64,000 bases of DNA from Minisyncoccota bacterium (lineage in GTDB: Bacteria; Patescibacteriota; Minisyncoccia; Phycocordibacterales; CAIJYI01). Below the pieces are notes generated by a model. That model was not told where the DNA came from and did not search any database. It was given only the letters and a program-made list of their open reading frames with translations. The DNA lies in the NCBI GenBank assembly GCA_023229825.1, contig JALNYN010000005.1, positions 1,933-65,932 on the forward strand, read 5' to 3'. The position numbers and the translations under genes were made by a program. Below, one piece after another: positions 58,398 to 64,000 of the stretch; the first letter of the stretch is position 1; each line of letters opens with the position of its first letter.

Positions 58398-59552
58398 ATG
58401 AAATATATTGACGAATTTCGCGACAAGGAAGTTGCGAAGGGGGTGATCGCCGAGATCAAAAGAACGGTCGAGGAGATCAAACAAAACCCTGAAATAAAAT
58501 TGCCGATTCGCATAATGGAAATTTGCGGAGGGCAAACCCATTCGATCTTACAGTACGGTATCCATTCGGCGCTTCCCGAGGAGGTGGAATTTGTCCACGG
58601 TCCGGGATGTCCCGTTTGCGTTACTCCCATTGAAACCATCAACCTTGCTCTGGAACTCGCGAAACAGCCGAACGTGATCTTCACGTCCTTCGGCGACATG
58701 CTGCGCGTTCCCGGCTCGGATGAAAATATGTTTGAAGCAAAAGCGAAAGGAGCCGACATTCGGTGGGTGCGGTATTCTCCAACTGAAGCGGTCGAGATCG
58801 CGAAACAAAATCCCGACAAAGAAGTCATATTTTTTGCCATCGGATTTGAAACCACAACGGCCCCGATCACCGCAGCGCTCCATAGAGCAGAAACGGACGG
58901 AGTGAAAAACTTCTCGATCCTTCCCGCCATGGTTCGCGTTCCTCCCGCGCTCGAAGTAATTTTGAGCGATCCGGAATGCGTTGTTGACGGCATTCTCGCC
59001 GCCGGCCACGTGTGTACGGTTATGGGCACGGAAGAATACGAACCGCTCGTCCAAAAATACGGCGTTCCGATCGTGGTTACCGGTTTTCAGCCGGTAGACA
59101 TTTTGAACGGCACGCTTATGGTCTTGAAACAGTTGAGAGACGGTCGAAGTGAAATTGAAAATGCTTACGGATGGGTGGCTCGCGCTTCGGGCAATACCGT
59201 GGCAAAAACACTCATTGATAAGTATTTCAAGATAATCGATCGAAAATGGCGCGGTATCGGAACAATACCAAATAGCGGTTTCGGACTTCGCGATGAATAT
59301 CTTCATTACGATGCCGAACTGAAATGGAAAAATATAGATGCCCGAAAAGAACCCGAACCCAATGCATATTGCGGTCTCGTTCTGATGGGGAAAATTAAAC
59401 CAACAGAGTGTCCTTTTTTCAGAAAGGAATGTTCGCAAGAGCATCCTATCGGGGCGCTTATGGTTTCCTCGGAGGGCGCATGCGCGGCATACTTTTTGTA
59501 TCAGCAGGACATTAGCCCTTCGACAAGCTCAGGGCAAGGAGAAACTAAATGA
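58398..59552 (+). CDS. hypD: Hydrogenase maturation protein HypD
   Basis: MEICGGQTH, GPGCPVC, GFETT, AGHV, MVSSEGACAA. Confidence 0.96.
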   Translation: MKYIDEFRDKEVAKGVIAEIKRTVEEIKQNPEIKLPIRIMEICGGQTHSILQYGIHSALPEEVEFVHGPGCPVCVTPIETINLALELAKQPNVIFTSFGDMLRVPGSDENMFEAKAKGADIRWVRYSPTEAVEIAKQNPDKEVIFFAIGFETTTAPITAALHRAETDGVKNFSILPAMVRVPPALEVILSDPECVVDGILAAGHVCTVMGTEEYEPLVQKYGVPIVVTGFQPVDILNGTLMVLKQLRDGRSEIENAYGWVARASGNTVAKTLIDKYFKIIDRKWRGIGTIPNSGFGLRDEYLHYDAELKWKNIDARKEPEPNAYCGLVLMGKIKPTECPFFRKECSQEHPIGALMVSSEGACAAYFLYQQDISPSTSSGQGETK

Positions 59553-60592
59553 CTTATAGTTTAGAATGCCCTGTGACGGGGTACAAAGAGACGGATGTCG
59601 TCACCATGGCCCACGGATCGGGCGGAGAGAGCATGCAAAAGCTCATCAGTGAAATGTTCGCAAAGGCGTTTCCCGATCTGCAAGCGGAAGATGATGCGGC
59701 AACTTTTGACGTATCGGGACCGGGGCAGTTCGCGACTAGTATCGATTCCTTCGTGGTTGACCCTATTTTCTTCAAGGGCGGAAATATAGCTTCGCTTTCC
59801 GTTCATGGAACGGTCAATGACTTGGCAATGAAGGGGGCAATGCCGCTTTATCTTAACGTCGCGTTCATTCTTGAGGAAGGACTCCCGTTAAGGCGGTTAA
59901 AATTGCTTGTTTTATTACTCGCAAGGGCAGCAAAAAAAGCTGGCATAAAGATCGTTACGGGCGATACGAAGGTCGTACCGAAAGGAAAAGGCGACGGCAT
60001 ATATATAATTACCTCCGGCATCGGCGTAGTCTTCTGCGAGAAAAGTTTGACTCCCGGACCGAAAAAAGTTTCGGTCGGAGACAAAATTATCGTTTCAGGA
60101 GACATCGGCCGACATGGCATGTCGATCATGTCTGCAAGAGAAGGATTTGATCCGCTTCGTTCGGATTCCGCTCCATTGAATGAAATGGTCAAGAGTTTGT
60201 ACGATCGGGATATCAATCCGAAATGTATGCGCGATGCAACACGAGGCGGAGTTGCCGCCGTGCTAAACGAGATAGCGAGAGTGAAAAAAGTTCACATCCG
60301 CATCGATGAGGAGAAAGTTCCCGTCGATGAGGAAATAAAAGGACTTGCAGAAATTCTCGGTTACGATCTGCTGCACGTGGCCAACGAAGGAAGATTTGTT
60401 CTTTTTGTAAAACCGGAAGATGCCGAAAAAACGGTAAAAATTCTCCAAACTTTTAAAGGTGGAGAACAAGCCGCCATCATCGGCGAAGTAGTGAAGGAAC
60501 ACAAAACCGGTTCGGTAACCGCAGAAACCCTTCTCGGCACCGAAAAACCCATACTAATGCCCGCTGGAGAGATCCTCCCGCGCATTTGTTAG
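59549..60592 (+). CDS. hypE: Hydrogenase maturation protein HypE
   Basis: HGSGG, GTVNDLAM, GDTKVV, MRDATRGG, ANEG, C-terminal LPRIC. Confidence 0.96.
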   Translation: MTYSLECPVTGYKETDVVTMAHGSGGESMQKLISEMFAKAFPDLQAEDDAATFDVSGPGQFATSIDSFVVDPIFFKGGNIASLSVHGTVNDLAMKGAMPLYLNVAFILEEGLPLRRLKLLVLLLARAAKKAGIKIVTGDTKVVPKGKGDGIYIITSGIGVVFCEKSLTPGPKKVSVGDKIIVSGDIGRHGMSIMSAREGFDPLRSDSAPLNEMVKSLYDRDINPKCMRDATRGGVAAVLNEIARVKKVHIRIDEEKVPVDEEIKGLAEILGYDLLHVANEGRFVLFVKPEDAEKTVKILQTFKGGEQAAIIGEVVKEHKTGSVTAETLLGTEKPILMPAGEILPRIC

Positions 60593-60623
60593 TAAAGAGT
60601 TGATCTTTTAGTGCAAAGAACCC

Positions 60624-60652
60624 AAAGGCGGTCAAATTGACCGCCTTTTTTT
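60624..60652 (+). terminator. Terminator of the hyp operon
   Basis: aaaggcggtca-at-tgaccgccttt + T run. Confidence 0.85.
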
Positions 60653-60699
60653 GTTTTTTCAAGGATTTGTGCTATGATAGCCAGTGTAAATCGAGATAT

Positions 60700-60771
60700 T
60701 GGGGTGTAGTGTAATGGTAACACGCCTGCCTTTGAAGCAGGAGACTCTTGGTTCGAGCCCAAGCGCCCCAG
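60700..60771 (+). tRNA. tRNA-Gln(TTG)
   Basis: TGGGGTG/CGCCCCA acceptor, CCTGC-CTTTGAA-GCAGG anticodon arm, GTTCGAG T-loop. Confidence 0.94.
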
Positions 60772-60850
60772 CACGCAAAAAATTACCTCGCAAAGGAGTA
60801 TCTTTTGCAGGTGATTTTTGTGTAAATTATTAGCATACGGATTTTAAAAA

Positions 60851-60873
60851 GAATGAGTGCCTGACTACCGTTC
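60851..60873 (+). repeat. Degenerate RAYT-end motif (GAATGAGTGCCTGACTACCGTTC)
   Basis: Shares AAAAGAATG.GTGCCTGAC with 63972-63989. Confidence 0.65.
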
Positions 60874-60903
60874 GTAAGAGAATTATAACTGTCTCGAATT
60901 TAT

Positions 60904-62625
60904 ATGATTAAGAAGATTACCTTAGAAAATTTTCGATGTTTTCAGAAACATACATTATGCTTCCGGGACTTAACGGTTATTGTTGGTAAAAACAATGCAG
61001 GAAAATCCACTATTGTTGAAGCGTTGCGTTTAATTTCTTTAGTAACAAATAGGTACAGAAAACTTCCATATAAAATGCCTCCCGATTGGACTGATTTACC
61101 TAAAAAGTGTTTAGGAGTGAGTCCTTCTATAAAAGGACTGGATATTGGTTTAAATGGGTTATTTTTTCAAAACAACGATGGACCAGCAAAAATAACTGTT
61201 TTTTTTGATAATAACGCAAAAATCGATTTAATGATTGGAGAAAAAGCTGAGTTGTTCGCGTTAATATTTGACAGTCAGGGTAAGATTATTTTAAATAAAT
61301 CACAGGCGTTAATAAATGAGATGTCAGAAATAAACATTCTTCCTCAAATTGGTCCATTAAAAGACAAGGAGGATTTGCTTACTGAAGAATATGTGAAATA
61401 TAATATTTTTTCAAATCTCGCGTCCTTACATTTTCGAAACCAACTGATTCATCTCGGACAGTACTTTAATAAATTTAAAGAACTTTCAGAAAGTAGTTGG
61501 GAAGGTTTAAAAATAATTAGGTTTGAAAAAGGAAGTCAGTTAAATGATGAACCACCTTTTTTGCTCGTAGAAGATAGCAACTTTATTGGAGAGATTGCAA
61601 CAATGGGGCACGGCTTACAAATGTGGCTACAAACGATGTGGTTTCTCGCGAGATGTGATAAAAATTCAATCGTAATATTAGATGAGCCAGATGTTTATCT
61701 TCATGCAGATATGCAAAGAAATCTTATTAACTTCTTTAGGTGTAAATTTAAACAGGCGATAATAGCAACACATTCGATTGAAATCATTTCGGATGTTGAA
61801 CCGCTTAATATTTTGGTGGTAAAAAGAGAAAATAACGAGTCTGTGTTTCTAGATGGTGTTCCCGGGGTACAACAAATTATTGAGAGTTTGGGGAGCGTGC
61901 ATAATTTAGAATTAATCCGCTATTGGTCGGCAAAAAAATTCATATTTTTAGAAGGAAAAAAAGATGATCTTAAAATACTAGAAATCCTTCAAAAATTGTT
62001 CACCCTCAGTCCCCTGAATCTTTCTTCGATACCAGTAGGGTACACAGATGGGTGGTCTGGGTGGGAAAGAGTAATTGGACTGAACATAGGTCTTAAGAAT
62101 ACTGGAGTAGAAACATATTGTGTATTTGACTCTGACTATCATTTACCCGACGAAATCGAAAACAGATTGTTGAGTGCAGGGAAAAATAACATAAAAATTC
62201 ATATTTGGGATAAAAAAGAAATAGAGAATTATCTCATAATTCCCGCCGCCGTACTAAGGTATATTAAAAAACAGGCACATATAGGAAACCCAACACTACA
62301 ACTTATCAACAGTAAGGTATTAGGAATAGCCGAAGAGATAAAAAATGATATTGTGGATAATATTTCTGATGAAATAAAGAAAAGCGATCGCGGATTAAGC
62401 GTATCTACATGTAATAAAAAAGCAAGAGAAATGGTAAATACAAAATGGCAGCATCCTGATGATATTTTAACTATTATTCCAGGAAAACAAGTATTATCTT
62501 CTCTTAGCGATTGGTCTAAGCAGGAATTCAATGTATCTTTCAGTAAATTTCAAATTGCTAGTGAGCTTATTGAGTCTGAAATTAATAACGAGATAATTCG
62601 TGTTTTGAAATTTCTTCAAACTTGA
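60904..62625 (+). CDS. ABC-type ATPase + TOPRIM-like domain (OLD-family-like ATP-dependent nuclease), putative defence protein
   Basis: ENFRCF, GKNNAGKS, ILDEPD.YLH, ATHS; FLEG..D and FDSD TOPRIM motifs; visibly AT-richer than neighbours. Confidence 0.8.
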   Translation: MIKKITLENFRCFQKHTLCFRDLTVIVGKNNAGKSTIVEALRLISLVTNRYRKLPYKMPPDWTDLPKKCLGVSPSIKGLDIGLNGLFFQNNDGPAKITVFFDNNAKIDLMIGEKAELFALIFDSQGKIILNKSQALINEMSEINILPQIGPLKDKEDLLTEEYVKYNIFSNLASLHFRNQLIHLGQYFNKFKELSESSWEGLKIIRFEKGSQLNDEPPFLLVEDSNFIGEIATMGHGLQMWLQTMWFLARCDKNSIVILDEPDVYLHADMQRNLINFFRCKFKQAIIATHSIEIISDVEPLNILVVKRENNESVFLDGVPGVQQIIESLGSVHNLELIRYWSAKKFIFLEGKKDDLKILEILQKLFTLSPLNLSSIPVGYTDGWSGWERVIGLNIGLKNTGVETYCVFDSDYHLPDEIENRLLSAGKNNIKIHIWDKKEIENYLIIPAAVLRYIKKQAHIGNPTLQLINSKVLGIAEEIKNDIVDNISDEIKKSDRGLSVSTCNKKAREMVNTKWQHPDDILTIIPGKQVLSSLSDWSKQEFNVSFSKFQIASELIESEINNEIIRVLKFLQT

Positions 62626-62639
62626 GGAAATTTTAGTCA

Positions 62640-62662
62640 GAATGGGTGCCTGACCCCGATTC
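62640..62662 (+). repeat. RAYT-end motif (GAATGGGTGCCTGACCCCGATTC)
   Basis: Matches the transposase-flanking repeats; begins 15 nt after the ATPase stop. Confidence 0.8.
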
Positions 62663-62710
62663 TACTTATTCAAAATTCATGTACTAATGATTTAATCGGA
62701 TTGAAAAAAA

Positions 62711-63217
62711 ATGGATTGGGAAACCTTTATTATTGCTATACTTGGATCTGGTGCTGTTACCGCGCTTGTTAATGTATGGATGAATCACCGAACTCAAATT
62801 CGCGCAATAAAAGAGTCGGGGCTATATTCAAAACGAGCCGAAGTATTAGATGAAATAATGAAAAGAATGGAGGAACTCCATCGAATTATGGGGGAACTCG
62901 TTTCTTTTTTTCAAGATGACGGGTCGGCTGATGCTGAAAAAGCCCGACGTAAAAAAACAGCCGAGGCGTTTAATTGTTTTTTGGAGTATCTCAAGAGAAA
63001 TAGGCACTATTTACCACGGAAATTATCCGAGGAAATACAACACCTCTGCGATGAATATAAAGAGTTATTTATGAGTTTTTCTTTTGAAGCAAGGCCAGAA
63101 GAGGGGAGGTCAGACCTTAAAAAATGGAAATCGCTTATTGATAGGTACGATATGGATTTTACAGATCAACAGGAATGTATAGCCGACGAGTTTAGAAAAA
63201 TAATCGGTGTTAAATAA
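62711..63217 (+). CDS. Hypothetical protein, N-terminal TM + helical domain
   Basis: 168-aa ORF between two convergent RAYT-end motifs. Confidence 0.75.
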   Translation: MDWETFIIAILGSGAVTALVNVWMNHRTQIRAIKESGLYSKRAEVLDEIMKRMEELHRIMGELVSFFQDDGSADAEKARRKKTAEAFNCFLEYLKRNRHYLPRKLSEEIQHLCDEYKELFMSFSFEARPEEGRSDLKKWKSLIDRYDMDFTDQQECIADEFRKIIGVK

Positions 63218-63228
63218 TAGGTAATGGT

Positions 63229-63995
63229 AATGGGGTCAGGCACTATTGTTTTTAAAAAAGTATGATACAATATTCTCCTATGCCAAGAAATGAAAGAGTT
63301 GATGTCGGGGGTGAAGTCTATCACGTCATAAACAGAGGAAATGGCAGGCAGACTATTTTCCAAAATGAAGAAGACTATCTTCTTTTTGAATCACTGCTTG
63401 AACACGCAAAGGAATTTATTGTGGATATGAGAATCATCGCTTATACGATTATGCCGAATCATTGGCATCTTGTTTTGTATCCAAAAAAGGACGGTGATCT
63501 TTCTCTCTTTATGCACTGGCTTACGACAAGCCACACCCGAAAACATCATGTCATGAAAGAAAATATCGGTGGCGGGCATCTCTATCAAGGAAGATACAAA
63601 TCATTTCTTGTGGATACGGACAGTTATTTTCTCTCTGTTTTTAAATACGTAGAAAGAAATCCGATGAGGGCAAAGTTGACGGAAAATTGTGAAGATTGGC
63701 GATGGGGAAGTTCGTGGAGAAGATCGAACGGTTCGGAAAAAGAGAAAAAATTGCTTTCCTCGCCGCTCGTTGATTTTCCGGAAAAATACAGCGTATGGAT
63801 AAACAAACCGGAAAAAGAAGATGATGTTGTAAAGATCAGAAATTCGATAAATAAAGGAGTACCGTATGGTCGCGATATTTGGAGTATGGATATGGTTGAA
63901 AAATATGAATTGTCTTCATCGCTGAATAAGCCGGGGAGACCGAAGAAAAAACATTAGAACATGAAAATTACAAAAGAATGGTGCCTGACCCCATT
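63229..63995. mobile_element. RAYT locus: HUH transposase gene flanked by inverted 19-nt motifs (63229-63247 and 63977-63995)
   Basis: aatggggtcaggcactatt and aatggtgcctgaccccatt are inverted copies (18/19). Confidence 0.85.
63280..63957 (+). CDS. REP-associated tyrosine transposase (RAYT, IS200/Y1 HUH family)
   Basis: MPR..R, YHVINRG, MPNHWHL (HUH), GHLYQGRYKS, YVERNP (catalytic Tyr), W.WGSS, GRPK; intact ORF. Confidence 0.92.
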   Translation: MPRNERVDVGGEVYHVINRGNGRQTIFQNEEDYLLFESLLEHAKEFIVDMRIIAYTIMPNHWHLVLYPKKDGDLSLFMHWLTTSHTRKHHVMKENIGGGHLYQGRYKSFLVDTDSYFLSVFKYVERNPMRAKLTENCEDWRWGSSWRRSNGSEKEKKLLSSPLVDFPEKYSVWINKPEKEDDVVKIRNSINKGVPYGRDIWSMDMVEKYELSSSLNKPGRPKKKH

Positions 63996-64000
63996 AACCA

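Noticed and set aside
60700-64000. Prophage or integrase-type island at tRNA-Gln
   Set aside because: No integrase, phage genes or duplicated tRNA 3' end lie within the window; this cannot be excluded beyond 64000.
1-64000. Alternative genetic code (TGA=Gly) as in Gracilibacteria/Absconditabacteria
   Set aside because: Conserved genes are full length under code 11 and several end at TGA at expected positions.

Overview
Bacterial chromosomal DNA, standard code 11. It most likely comes from a Patescibacteria/CPR (Parcubacteria-like) genome; this is inferred from the alpha2-type GlyRS, patchy fermentative gene content, near-leaderless core genes and CPR-like hypothetical proteins. Housekeeping genes (glyQS, guaB, pyk, xseAB, dnaJ, tyrS, rplU, rnpB, dnaX, tRNA-Arg-CCG, tRNA-Gln-TTG) alternate with self-contained accessory operons. 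These include a Campylobacterota-like oorD-oorA-oorB/C fusion operon, a group 3b-like [NiFe]-hydrogenase operon whose large subunit is fused to its own maturation protease, and a separate hypFCDE operon. The best candidate for a new system is a 19-24 nt motif (AATGGTGCCTGWCCCCATT). It forms the inverted ends of a RAYT/HUH tyrosine transposase at 63.3-64.0 kb and also sits at the junctions of two gene-cassette arrays. One array is a secreted lipase followed by stacked 5'-truncated lipase fragments and immunity-like membrane genes (33.7-41.0 kb). The other is an AT-rich defence-like island after tRNA-Gln. This suggests RAYT-driven, motif-anchored cassette accretion. The window also holds a probable remote DGR target gene and several dispersed palindromic repeat families, which nest inside each other and sit in-frame in xseA, hypF and hypD and inside RNase P RNA. 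All family assignments come from motif recognition by eye; no searches were run.
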